Shown here piece by piece: positions 30,604 to 43,565 of a DNA stretch of 64,000 bases. A program made the position numbers and the translations under genes. Source of the DNA: the human T2T-CHM13v2.0 reference genome, Homo sapiens; the NCBI GenBank assembly GCA_009914755.4, contig CP068257.2, positions 24,320,001 to 24,384,000 of the forward strand, written 5' to 3'. The stretch's first letter is position 1; the number at the start of each line of letters is the position of its first letter. Under the pieces are notes generated by a model. The model saw only the letters and a program-made list of their open reading frames with translations. It ran no database searches and was not told where the DNA came from.

Positions 30604-33600
30604 TTATTTCATCATGAATACATCAATATTCCGAAATCCAAAATCTGAAGCACTTCTGGTCCCATTTTAGAGAAGAGATATTTAACCTGTATTCAAAGTA
30701 GATGGCCCTTCTTTTTAAAAAATGCTGAGTTGCTAAGCAATCCAGTTCCTTTCAATTTTAGGGTCATCTCTAATTATTATGGCTTTGAAGAAAAAGCCAT
30801 TCTTCCTATCTAAGCATTTCCAGATACCAAAGATTTAGCTTTTCACACTTGTTAATCTGATAGAATATACTGGCACTGACGTGACAGGTAGTTTAATTCA
30901 CCATCACATCTTTTAATGCTTTAAAATTGTTCTCCCTCCCTAGGTTGGTTGGGGAGCAAAGTGTAATCCCAGGTTGCCTAATCTAATTTGGCAGTTTTAG
31001 TTCCAATGGTATTGCAGAATGTGCTAATGGGAACTAACATTTGCTACTGCACAGTGAAAAGAACAAGAATAGTGTGATTAAGAACAATAGTTCAAATTTG
31101 GCCAAAGATTAAATGGCCTAGGCATTCAGACTTCTGTCTTATGGCTCCTGTCTTTACAACGACCCTGGGGTTAAGGTGGCATATTCCATTGAAAGGCTGC
31201 GTGGTGTGAGTTTTCTACGATTTGAAAATTATGAGCTTCTGCGGCAACAAACTTGGAACCTGGGGATGGAACTTGGGGCCTGACTTGTTAAGTTCCAATT
31301 CTTTTCATATTCTCTGTAAGTGTACCAGTCTGTTTCATGTCATCTGGACCATTCTGATGTGCCTAGAAATCAATCTTTTTCCCTCCCTCAATCCTGCATG
31401 GGGTCAGGCCTACACCTCTGCACAAACTATAAGGCCATAAACATAATCCTAAAGTACAAATAACCTGTGTAGCAAGACTATAGGACATCTCTACAGATGG
31501 TTGTCCTCCAGCATATCCTGGGATTCTAGGAAACTAAGATGAAACAGAGAGGAGAAAGGGGTGGTGCATAGGTGAACCAATGACTTCAAACTAAGGGATT
31601 TGCTGGTTTCTCTTCTGCTGCCACAGTAGCTTACATTAGAGCAGGAAAACTACGAGACCTTCAATACTATAGTCAGGACAGCAACAGCAACTTCCACTTT
31701 ACCTTGCAAATATTGAGAGCTTGGACAATAGTCTAACAAATTCAATTTCAAACATCTGTCGAGAATTGGATGATGCTGACATTCTAACATTTCAACATGC
31801 CCCCAAATTTGTGGAAAGTACACGTGTTTACACCAGGAGAGTTCTATCTCTGAGTCAGATGTGGGGAAACTACTACTCTAGAACAGGATTCTCAACCAGA
31901 ATGTGACCCCCTGGGCACATTTAGCAATGTCTAGAGACATTTTTAGTTATCACAGCTGGAGTTGTGTTAATGGCATTTAGTGGGTAGGGGTCAGGGGTAC
32001 TGCTAAACACCCATATGCCTAGGACAGACTCCTAAAAATTAATTATTTGAATCAAAATGTTAATAGTGCTGAGGTTGAGAAACCTTGGTTTAGTTGTTTG
32101 TACCACATGTCAGCGCAAATGAAGGAGCCTGAGATGGGACACACTTTGGCCAGATCACATGGTGCAATCTGCTGACTAAAAATTGGCATGATGCTCTTTG
32201 AGAGATTAAATGCCATTAAGGAGTTGGTCTGTTTGCCTTTTGGGATGCAGTCTGATGGAGACAGCACCAGAAAAAATGGTCACACTCTCATATTTAAAAT
32301 ATAAATGAATCAACAAATATTTATATAATTTTATTGTCTACAAATACTATATTTTGAAGATTAAATGTGAAACCTTTTGCACTGTCCTAAACCCAAATGG
32401 GCAGGTGCAAAACTAATGTCAGAAATTAACTCAGCTCTCGTAAGATTCTTTATCCCAAATGAGAAAGGGTTTTTTTTTAATGATTTGAATTCCTATGTTC
32501 ACGAATAAAATGAAAGCTCTCAGCCTTATATTTGTGGTTTAGATTTTTATTTAAAATAACAACAATAAAATATGTCCCTAAAATTGCAATGCTCAAAATT
32601 GGTTTTTATGACAAAAGTTTGAAACCTAGAAATGCCTGATTTATGGCAAATTATTGTTTTTATAATGCAAACCATCATACATTTTCTCCCTAAGTGTAAT
32701 CTTTTATCAGTTCAACTGAAGAGCTTTTTCTATCTCCTTTCACATTTGTTATTTGACTAGAAGCAGCTTAGACTGAGCAACCTGTAAAACCAACCACCTT
32801 TGTGCAGAAATATCATCCAACTGGCTCTAGATTGTTGAAGGAGCAAAGTCAAGTCCAAGTTGCCCAGTCTAACAGGCTTGCTTACCTTCTAGTTCAGCTC
32901 CTTTTCTCTGAATTGAGTCTGCCATCTGAATTTGACCTCCAGATGACCATGACTTTTTCAAATCAAATGTGCAGTTTGCTATAAATAAGACCACATAGCT
33001 GCACAGGCTATAAATAACTAGAAATTATATGTTTTTTTCCTTGTCTGTTTGTACTAGCACTGCAAAACCCTTCACTTGCTGTGATTGAATAGTCTCTGTA
33101 GGCAGACAAGAAAATATAGCTGCCCAAAGCACTTCATCCTCCTAGAATGGAAAGGTGTCAGGATCCCAAATACACTGCAAGTAGATGGAGAAAATTACTG
33201 GGAAGGAGAAAATTACAAAAGAGACTTTCAGTATCTGTTTGGAACAGTGGATGATGAAAGTGGTAGTTACGTGTACAGCATGAAAATAAATTTATCAGAC
33301 AATGATGCTTGTTTCCATCAGTTATTAAAAATGGAAAAATAGAATTCTTATAAATGCTAAAATGAAACAAGAGAAAAATAATCACTGTTTTATAAAAGAA
33401 TGGGAAAGACATTTAATTTACTGATGCGTGCTCTATTCATGGCATTTAGGAAAAAATGTTAACATTCTTCATCCTCTTTTCACTGTTTTCTGTATTCTTA
33501 AAATGTGCTTCTGAATCGCAAATGTGATTTCACTAACCGGCAAAACAATGTCAGAACCAAATGCTTAGCCATTTGGTGTGGAGTGCGGCCAAAACGTCAT

Positions 33601-35495
33601 TTGGGTTTCAAAGCCTGGTCCTGCCATGTTCGATGGCTTGGGACAAGTCACTAAGCTCTTGAAGCCTCATTTTTTCTCGTATGTACAAAAGGAATGAGGA
33701 AAATGCCCACAAAGTGTTCTGAAGAAAAATAAATGATCTGTGAAAATGCTCGGTACAATGCAACTCAACATGCGTACCTATGTCAACACTATAGTGGAAT
33801 AGCTAGAGCTTTTTCCTAGTCTGTCAACCCACTTGCTGTACTTACAGTGTTTTTAGAGAAAAATGCTTTTTTCACAACAGCAAAAGAAACGTTTATGTTG
33901 CAGCAGTACAAACCACATCCTTCAAAAGTTATACATAATGTGAATTATTCTGAATATTTTATGGAGGCCATTAAAAAACTTTATAGTTTAGGATGCAGTC
34001 TTTTTTAAAATACCTAATCCTTCATCTATAATTTATCATCTTTAAAAAAGATAACTGGCTTCATCAGTTTTGAGATGAGGGTTTTTTTTTTTCAGGATAA
34101 TGTACACAAATGCTAATTATAAAATATCTAAGTTACAACTGAAATTGTGCCTCTTCTTCCAGCAATCATAAGCATAAATGGCATATATCATCCCTAACCT
34201 AACACTGGATAAATCTATTTCTGGATGGAATCCAAATTCAAATATGAGTACTAAAACCACATTTTAAAACTAAACTCGTCTGATATTACAACTGAAATAA
34301 AAACAAAACATAAGACACTGTAAGTAAGGCCTGCAGTGGCTGGACAATGCATTTCTTTATAGGAGGCTCTTTCTCTACTTCCTAGTCAAAAGGTGAGCAC
34401 CTCTAACCTACCATTATGCCTTCTGGGAGAGGAGAAAGAGGGGTTCCTAATGTCTAAAAGTGACCCTTCATGTCTAAAGTTGAAACCGGGTCTTATAACA
34501 CACATAAATTGAAATCTGCGTGTACGAATTAGTCCATGTACTACAATACATGAATATTAAGTACTTTTTCTGAGGAAACAAGTTACTTATGTATTATAGT
34601 CTCTTGTTAAATCATGGCATCTTGATGTAACCGAGTACTCTATTTTAAAGATCTTTCTTCCTTTCTTTTCCTTCCAGTTTTAGTAATGAAATGGTAACCT
34701 TTGCTCTCTTTCTTCCCACCAGGCACTCCCTGCACAGCGCTTCCATTATCTAATTACGCTTATAATTATTATTAAAATTATTAATGCTTGCTTAGAAGTT
34801 CCACTGACTGACTTAGGCACCTTCAGAATTCTCCCTCATCAGGAGATCACCTCAAGGCTGCAGTTAATTTACAACCCGATTGTGCGGGATGCGCCAGCCC
34901 ACTTACCGAACTGGATAATAACTCAAGTCTTTGGAACAAGTCCTGTATAGCAGCACCTCCTCACCCCTCCTTCATGCCCTGCATTCCAAGCTCCCCTTTT
35001 TAAGCCTTTGTTTTTTAATCCAAAATTTGAGATGGTTGCTTTGAGGCAGGAGCCTGGACCATTTCCCCATTGCTAGCTTTGCTAAGTAAAGTCACTTTCC
35101 TTCCACTGCACCTAGCCCTTGTTCTTCAGTTCTGCAAAAGCAGTGAGAGGCTAAGCCTGCTCTCAGTTACACTGATAGCTTTTAGGAAATAAAATAGTAA
35201 TGGCAAATACAATACAATGATGTTGTCCATATAATATTCAATAAAACCAGACTAAATAAAAAGGAAATTGGTCAGAAATAGAAGAAACTTAGTCAATGAT
35301 GTTCTTAGCCCAACATCTCAAGCTGTCTGGCAAAATCAGATGTAATTACAAGCAAGGTAATGGGAAGAAACATTTTACTAAGACAGGTGTTCAAGAAACA
35401 CAAAACCATGCAAAGAAGGTGATGATGCTGGAGTTATGTGAACCAAGCAGCATCCTCCTCCCCTCTTCCCTTCCCTCAGGTGAATGACAACGTAC

Positions 35496-35552
35496 GTTTA
35501 ACAGGATCTCGGGCAAGAGGTTCCTGGGTAGTCTTGAGTAAACTTTGGGACA
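35496..35552 (-). CDS. APP: APP exon 8 (57 nt), the OX-2 homology cassette exon. It encodes (A)MSQSLLKTTQEPLARDPVK(L).
   Basis: The reverse complement of 35496-35552 is TGTCCCAAAGTTTACTCAAGACTACCCAGGAACCTCTTGCCCGAGATCCTGTTAAAC. The acceptor is ttttttccatag| with a strong polypyrimidine tract, and the donor is |gtacgt. The exon is 3n long and phase-1 symmetric. Confidence 0.92.
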
Positions 35553-37145
35553 CTATGGAAAAAATAAGAGAACATAACTAAAAACAAAAAGAGAAACATG
35601 GGAATGATGGCTGAAATGCACGAGTCCACTGACAAAAAAACAACCTAACAAACAAAATCACTCACTTAGGTTTGGTCCCTCCAACAAAACCAAAATGAAC
35701 ATATAAACATAAGATCTATTTTCGTAAGAAGTTAACATTTGAGAATGCTGGATATTTTGTCTCTGATAGTATATCCGAGTAACAACAGGTTTCTTAACAG
35801 AAGAGGATTTCTTGCTCCTTTTGTGCCAAATATCCCCAATTCCCTTCGATGCATTTTTTCACAAAAACTCCATTTATTTCACTCATTCATAGGACAGCAT
35901 GTGGCTCTCGGCTCTGGCTGTTTGCTGAGGCTTATACTCTCTACTTATTCTTGTCCACCCATCTAACTGATCTTCAGCCTTTGCCTTCTTCATACATTAT
36001 TCTGTCACCTTTCCCCTCTAAAATCAGGCATAGCTAGCCTCATCTAATACATCTCTGTTGGGAGCATCGACCTTTTGCAAAACCCTCAGCAAACTGTGTG
36101 CCACCCAGGACACCTGGACAGGTGCCCACTGGTCACTCCCAGCCCAAACTGATCAAAGGGAGAGAGTGTTAGGTGAAGGGATGGCAGTACTGGGGTGAGG
36201 TGGAGAGAATTTTAATCTCTTGAAGCAAATTCATCACTGCTAATAATTAAAACCAAATAAATCTCTTATTACCAAAAACTATACATGATATTTCAGAAAA
36301 TGAATCCACCCAGGGAAAGGGAGAAAAAAGTTGCAAATCTGCCAGGAAACCTCTCCCACCGGCTAAACCAGTGAGAATCACTGTAACAAAAGGCCTTTGT
36401 TCCAAAGGCTGCAGGCAACAGAATTCTCCATTGTGTTCGCAATACCTGACCTAATTGACTGCTTTGTTTGAAACTGAAGAAGGGAGTCCTTTGAGCCAGA
36501 AGCTGCAATCATCCAATCAGAGCCAGAAAAAAAAAAAAAAAAAGCCCTTGAGGTTATCAGTTCCTACACCTGTTCACACATGGGACTGAAGCAGTCATCT
36601 CATTCACTGGCGATGGCAGGAGACCAACAGGAGCTTTTCCATTACATTCCTCTTAGATCCTGGGCTCCTTTACAGTGGGGGTATTAATGGTGCAGGCCCT
36701 TCTGTTGTTTTGCTTAATCCTAAGATCTTGCTGCAAAACAATTTATATAATCCCTAGGAATCTCAGGCAGGAAATGTGGCTGCCACCCTTGCAACACAGC
36801 GGAGAATTAGGCAGGAGTCTCTCAAAAAAGTAATACACAGTTATTGAGTTTCATTTTTAGTTATCAAGCTGAGCTGAATAATTACTTCTTGAGTAGTTCA
36901 TACTTCCTACTCATGAACAACAACAACAAATAAATAAATAAATAAATAAATAAGCACAATTGGGAATTTCACTTGGAAGTCTGTTAACGACATGGAAGTC
37001 TCACATCTGGTACTGGACCTCCTGAGAATTACCTCTTTGGGGAAAATTTCATCATGCACTTAAGTCATCATGACTTCATATTTTTATCCCCCGGAATTAT
37101 GAAAAGCTTAATGTTCAAGAGAAAGACTTTGAAAATTATGTTCTG

Positions 37146-37450
<305 letters not shown>

Positions 37451-37980
37451 TATGTTCCTCGAGCCTTATGTCATTGAAAGTTTCTCACGTTAAGTCAAAA
37501 GTTTTCTTCTACTTTCAAGAGAAGAAGCAGAAGTTTGACCTGGCAAATGTCTGTGTGCTGAGCTCGGAGGGGGCAAGACGGGCACTTCTACCCTCCGGCA
37601 TTTGAGATGCATGAGCTCAATTCAATCACATTCCCTCATCAGCACAATAAAAGACATGTTATGAACCAACTTAAAGGTATTCATCACAGCCATACACCTT
37701 ATCAATGCAACTCAAGCTGCATCAGCCAGGCTTCCAGTGGTAGACAGTATCTGCACAGGTAGTGCACATGCATAAACATGAACACATATGTACACGGACA
37801 AACACATAAGTATGCATTTGCAGAAACGGCTGGCTGCAGAAGACAAAACAGCCACTCCAGCTTTGTTTAAAAGAGAAGCACTCAAAAGTCCCTCTGGATT
37901 GCAAGACATATGTGCTACAGCTAGGAAGAGAACACATCCATGGCCATGCTTTATCAGGGAAAGACGGAGAGGTGTGCTCA

Positions 37981-38322
<342 letters not shown>

Positions 38323-38884
38323 TCAGAGGAGATGTGGGGAACCACATTTAGCATGAAAAGGCACTGTCTCTCTGTTCATGTATACACGTTTACTTCTTTT
38401 AATCCTCCCAGTGGCAACCTGGACTGGTTTATTAGGCAGCATCTACCAAACATTTACTGAGGAATTTAACTGGCCACCAGGACTAGAGATTTACACCTCT
38501 CAGAGCATGCACTGTCATCTGGTTTAATGAGTGCAGGACTCGGTAGCAATAAAAGGATTCCGGCCAAAGGTGAAAAGATCATTTGGCTGCTTTTAGATGA
38601 GTATGAAATGACGGAAGGTATCTGCACATCACAACAATTCTCCATTATAAAAAATAAACTTCTCTTTTTAAGAAGTCAACTTTCATGTAAGGAAACTGCT
38701 TTGGTTATGAAGCGAAAGTTTAAGCCCTCACAAACATCTGATTGCTTTCCTTAATAAATGATTGCCTTAACTCAAATATAAAATTAATTGCATATATTTT
38801 GAATGTTTTCCAGTGTTGGAAGCTGTCTGTCCATTGACTTTATCTGGAAACACATGTCATATCTGTAAATGTGACTTATACTCA

Positions 38885-39232
38885 ATGACATTAACTTAAG
38901 ACCATTCATTTGTATATTAAGATATGTACTAATATAAATGGTCTTAAATTAACTCTGATTTAAGACCATTTTATTTGTATATTAAAATATGTATTTATAT
39001 ATTATACATTAATAATTTAATTACATATGCATGAAGTACATCTATAACAACGTATTATTAATTCTGCTATTTAATTGATATTTATATATTAAAAATCTGT
39101 ATTATTTGTATATATTTACATACACATTAAGTACAACTATAACAATGTATTATTTAATTATGCTACTTAATTGATATTTATGTATTAAAAATCTGTATTA
39201 TTTGTATATTTTGTATATTTACCTGACCCTTG
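38885..39232. repeat. AT-rich tandem duplication. Two copies of about 100 bp and two of about 60 bp lie roughly 570-900 bp upstream (gene sense) of the KPI exon.
   Basis: The block ..gtacatctataacaacgtattattaattctgctatttaattgatatttatatattaaaaatctgtattatttgtatat.. repeats as ..gtacaactataacaatgtattatttaattatgctacttaattgatatttatgtattaaaaatctgtattatttgtatat... A second pair, taagaccattcatttgtatattaagatatgta and taagaccattttatttgtatattaaaatatgta, is also present. Confidence 0.8.
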
Positions 39233-39649
39233 GGCAGGAATGTTCCAAACAATAAAACGCAGTCAATCAACTCCAACTGATTAATACACACCACGCACTG
39301 TTATACATTAAAACACATCTTACCTGTCAACATGTCTTGCCACCCTCCCCAAGATCAGTTTCACTCATCCCTGATTGCCTCAAAGTCAATCAGTGACCCA
39401 TCCAATTGCATGTATAAAGTCAATCCTGAGTAGAATTATAACTCTACCTCCCATGTATATCCCATTTTTATTGGAAGTGAAACAACAGCCCAATTCTCTC
39501 TCTGGGTTTGTGCCCTGCCCTTGCTAGACTGACGCCTTAGCACACACAGATGTCTTCTTAGTTTTACTGACAGAGGAAAAAACACCTTTCTAAAAGATGA
39601 AAGCCACGCATCACCCATTACTTCCAAGTTAGGAATATTCAACAGATTC

Positions 39650-39935
39650 TTTTTTTCTTTTTATGAGACAGGGTCTTGCACTGCCGCCCAGTGGCACAAT
39701 CTTGGCTCACTGCAACCTCTACCTCCTGAGTTCAAGTGATTCTTGCGCCTCAGCCTCCCAAGTAGCTGGGATTACCCTTGTACCAGCACGCCTGGCTAAT
39801 TTTTTGGTATTTTTAGTAGAGATGGGGTTTCACCAGGTAGGCCAGGCTGGTCTTGAACTCCTGGCCTCAAGTGATACACCTGCCTCAGCCTCTCTAAGTG
39901 CTGGGATTACAGGCGTGAGCCACTGCCACTGGTCC
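39650..39935 (-). mobile_element. Alu SINE in APP intron 6, sense to the gene. It has the target-site duplication ttcaacagatt and lies about 1.3 kb from the KPI exon.
   Basis: It begins tttttttctttttatgagacagggtcttgcactgccgcccagtggcacaatcttggctcactgcaacc and ends ...ggcgtgagccactgccactggtcc. The duplication flanks it on both sides. Confidence 0.92.
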
Positions 39936-42409
39936 TTCAACAGATTGATTCTAATTAGCCAATCAAAGACAAGGATCCACAATGTCAATACAAATGGGGA
40001 CTAACTATTGTTTTACTTCCCTATACACGTTGCTCTTTCAGTAGATGCAATAAAGTACTGGTAAAACCAGAGGTGGCTACCATCACGATGATGTCAACAG
40101 GAGGGACAGTCAGCACTAAGCCCAGAAGGTGTCAAACACTCCGCAGGAGAAATGCGCCATGCAACGGACATGAAGATGATCTGACACTCTTCACGTGGTT
40201 TTCAGATGGAAACGTGGCTACGAAAGCATCAACCTCATTATCATCCATCATTAAGGCCATCTCACTCAGTACTGCTGCTTTCAAAGTCCACGCTCCCAAA
40301 GCAAATTGGATTTCTGTACACAATACTCTTACAGGATGAAACCCAACCAACTTGTTGACGTAAGTATCCCATCTACTTCGCAATTTTATTTATCTTCCAA
40401 AATTAAAGGACTGGCACCCTGATTTATTAAAAGTGAATTGGTTCTAGGGACCATATCCCCTCTGAGTTACTGACAGAGCAGCTTCTGGCCTGTGAAGCTC
40501 AAAGCCATGCCTAGATGTGAGGATCCCATCAACTATAGCCAGCAGTGGTCTCTGCTCCCAGAGCTTACCTTCAGTTGTAACAAACATCTACAGCTTCACT
40601 TTGCTTTCCTTCTCTGTATCTCCTTCACCAATGTGTACATATTCATGTCACATGCTCTTTAACGTTTCTAAGACACAACAATACCCATTATTAATCTCTT
40701 ACTCAGGCAGTGTTAATTCCAATAAGACTGCAAGGCAGCAGTGCCTCCAGAGCCTGCACTGTGCCGGGAATTGGCACTGGGATTGCAAGCACCGTGGTCA
40801 TTGCTACCAAGGGAGGCACAGAATCCCTTCACCCCATAGTCACGGGAGCATTGGCAACAAAATTTACCATGCCTTGGCAATTTATGCTGACCCTCACATT
40901 TTGGCATTAAAAAAAAGTATCATCTTAGAGTACCAAATATGTGTCTTCTTATAGATGTGTGCCACGGGCCTCGCAGTGAACATCACAGCTCTGCAGATGC
41001 ACAAACCTTGTCTTTATGAGTCTATATATTAAATAAAAGTGGTAGAATTTTGGATGGGTGCAAGTCAAGTAATGGGATAAAAGAATGATGATCGAAGGAG
41101 ATGATTCATGATAACTATGTGCCCTTATGTGAAACCTAGCAACAATTTCTTACTTATGATAAAGGCACAATCTCCCCAGTCCAGAATCTAAATGGCATTA
41201 TATTAACATTTTCCTATACCACTAATTAAACATAATGCTACATTCATTTTATTTTCTTCTGCCTCATTCTATAACAGCTATGAAACCATTTGTTATAGCT
41301 AATTCGTAGAAGCCAGGCTAAATGAGCCCTAATCAACTAGAACAAGCATTCAGAACTCAAAATCCATTTACATGTTAATTAAGTAAATAGTATAAGCTAC
41401 ACGTTGAGCCTACAACTCTTGCTGGAGTCTCCAGCTGTAAGAGCCTTAACTCCTTCCTTTCATAAAGGCCAAGAAAAGAGTGAGTTAGTCCCTATTCGGG
41501 GAGTGTTGGTTGGTTCTCCCAATCCTGTTAGGGGCAGTTGGCACTCTTGACTTTGAACGGCCCCCAAGAGTTTCACTGCCTTGGTGGAGTCCAAGTGGGC
41601 ATCATGGGCAATAGCAACAGATCCCACAATACTCAAATACAAAAGGCTACCTGAGATAATGCGGTCAGGAATGGGTGTAACAGTGTATGTTAATTTAATG
41701 TCAAATACATAATGTATGGAGAAGATGTACGTGAGGCTGGAAGAACAGGACTGACAGTGTGCTTTTGTTACTTCTCAATCTCTAAGAGACAGCTACCTTG
41801 TCCAACTGGTTCTCATCTGCTGACATGGAGGATGAGCAGATAGGCCTTCTCTTAACATGCAACCCCTCTCCTGGTGAAAAAGAGCTTCTCGTTATAATTC
41901 CCCCAATTGTCAGCAACCCTGATTCCCCATCACCTCAACTCTCACTTCCCAACACTTTCCCTCAGGGAAATAATGAGAACAGCAACTTCCTACAGCAGTG
42001 AAGCTGACTTCGGAGAGGACTGGGAAAGGAATGGAACGTATCCTCTATCACTCATAATTATATTCCTACTCTACTACAGGGAAAGGGAATGCAACTGTTT
42101 GTTTTCTCTGACTTTTTTGCTAACCCTTTATTATTCCAGAACAATTTTCCATGTAGTAGAAAAGAGAATCTTAGCCTACTCTGGGAGAAGCTGGGACTGA
42201 GGGTAGGGTCAGCACCAGCGATGTATGATGCTAATGCTTTTACACAAAGTATGAATAAGCACACAAGAAATGGCCAGTGCCTCTCAGAAGTGAACACGGA
42301 GAAGCAGCAGCATAGACTTGGGTTAAAGCAGTGTTAAGGGATTAATGTCAATTTAATAGTTGTGATACTGTACTGAGTGAAGACTATGCAGGGTCTCTTT
42401 GTATTAATT

Positions 42410-42727
42410 CTTTTTTTTTTTTTTTTTTTTTTTTTGAGACAGAGTCTCGCTCTGTTGCCCAGGCTGGAATGCAGTGGCACTATCTCCACTCACTGCAGGC
42501 TTCGCCAAGCTCCGCCTCCCAGGTTCACGCCATTCTCCTGCCTCAGCCTCCTGAGTAGCTGGGATTACAAGCACCCGCCACCACACCGGCTAATTTTTTC
42601 GTATTTTTTAGTAGACACGGGGTTTCTCTGTGTTAGCCAGGATGGTCTCGATCTCCTGACCTCATGATCCGCCTGCCTTGGCCTCCCAAAGTGCTGGGAT
42701 TACAGGCGTGAGGCACCGCGCCCGGCC
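42410..42727 (-). mobile_element. Young-looking Alu (AluY-like), reverse-complement orientation, with a pure T26 head and a 9-bp target-site duplication, tattaattc.
   Basis: It begins (t)26gagacagagtctcgctctgttgcccaggctggaatgcagtgg and ends ...ggcgtgaggcaccgcgcccggcc. Its CpGs are retained. Confidence 0.93.
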
Positions 42728-42786
42728 TCTATTAATTCTTTCAACTGCATGTAAATCTACAATTGTCTCAAAGAAAAGATTTTTAA

Positions 42787-43225
42787 TTTTTTTTCTTTTT
42801 TATTATACTTTAAGTTCTAGGGTACATGTGCACAACGTGCAGGTTTGTTACATAGGTATACATGTGCCATGTTGTTTGCTGCACCCATAAACTCGTCATT
42901 TACATTAGGTATTTCTCCTGATGCTTTCCCTCCCCCAACCCCCCACCCCCCCAACAGGCCCTGGTGTGTGATGTTCCCCGCCCTGTGTCCAAGTGTTCTC
43001 ATTGTTCAATTTCCACCTATGAGTGAGAACATGCAGAGTTTGGTTTTCTGTCCTTGTGATAGTCTGCTGAGAATGATGGTTTCCAGCTTCATCCATGTCC
43101 CTACAAAGGACGTGAACTCATCCTTTTTTATGGCTGCATAGTATTTCATGGTGTATATGTGCCACATTTTCTTAATCCAGTCTATCATTGATGGACATTT
43201 GGGTTGGTGTCAAGTCTTTGCTATT
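42787..43225 (-). mobile_element. 5'-truncated L1 (L1PA-like) insertion of about 440 bp. It holds the ORF2 C-terminal codons, the 3'UTR and the poly-A tail, and is flanked by a target-site duplication of about 14 bp, gaaaagatttt(t)aa.
   Basis: The plus strand reads tttttcttttttattatactttaagttctagggtacatgtgcacaacgtgcaggtttgttacata, which is the reverse complement of the L1 3' terminus. The minus-strand ORF 43006-43188 gives [60 protein letters not shown], the L1 ORF2 C-terminus. The flanking duplication is at 42771-42786 and 43226-43242. Confidence 0.92.
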
Positions 43226-43267
43226 GAAAAGATTTTAAAAAGCCCACATAAAAAAATGAATATAGGA

Positions 43268-43565
43268 AGCCAGGCATGGTGGCTCAAGCCTGTAATCCCA
43301 GCACTTTGGGAGGCCGAGGTGGGCAGATCACCTGAGGTCAGGAGTTCAAGACCAACGTAGTCAACATGGCGAAACCCTGTCTCTACTAAAAATACAAAAA
43401 TTAGCTGGGCATGGTGGCGTGCACATATAATCTCACCTACTCGCGAGGCCGAAGCACTGGAATCACTTGAACCTGGGAAGCGTACATTGCAGTGAGCCAA
43501 AATAGTGCCACTGCACTCCAGCCTGGGCGACAGAGTGAGACTTGGTGTCAAAAAAAGAAAAAAAT
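43268..43565 (+). mobile_element. Alu SINE with the target-site duplication aatataggaa. It sits immediately beside the L1 fragment.
   Basis: It begins agccaggcatggtggctcaagcctgtaatcccagcactttgggaggccgagg and ends ...gtgagacttggtgtcaaaaaaagaaaaaaataatgat. Confidence 0.9.

Noticed and set aside
43006-43188. A 60-aa minus-strand [36 protein letters not shown].
   Set aside because: It is not a cellular gene. It is the C-terminal end of L1 ORF2 within a 5'-truncated L1 insertion.
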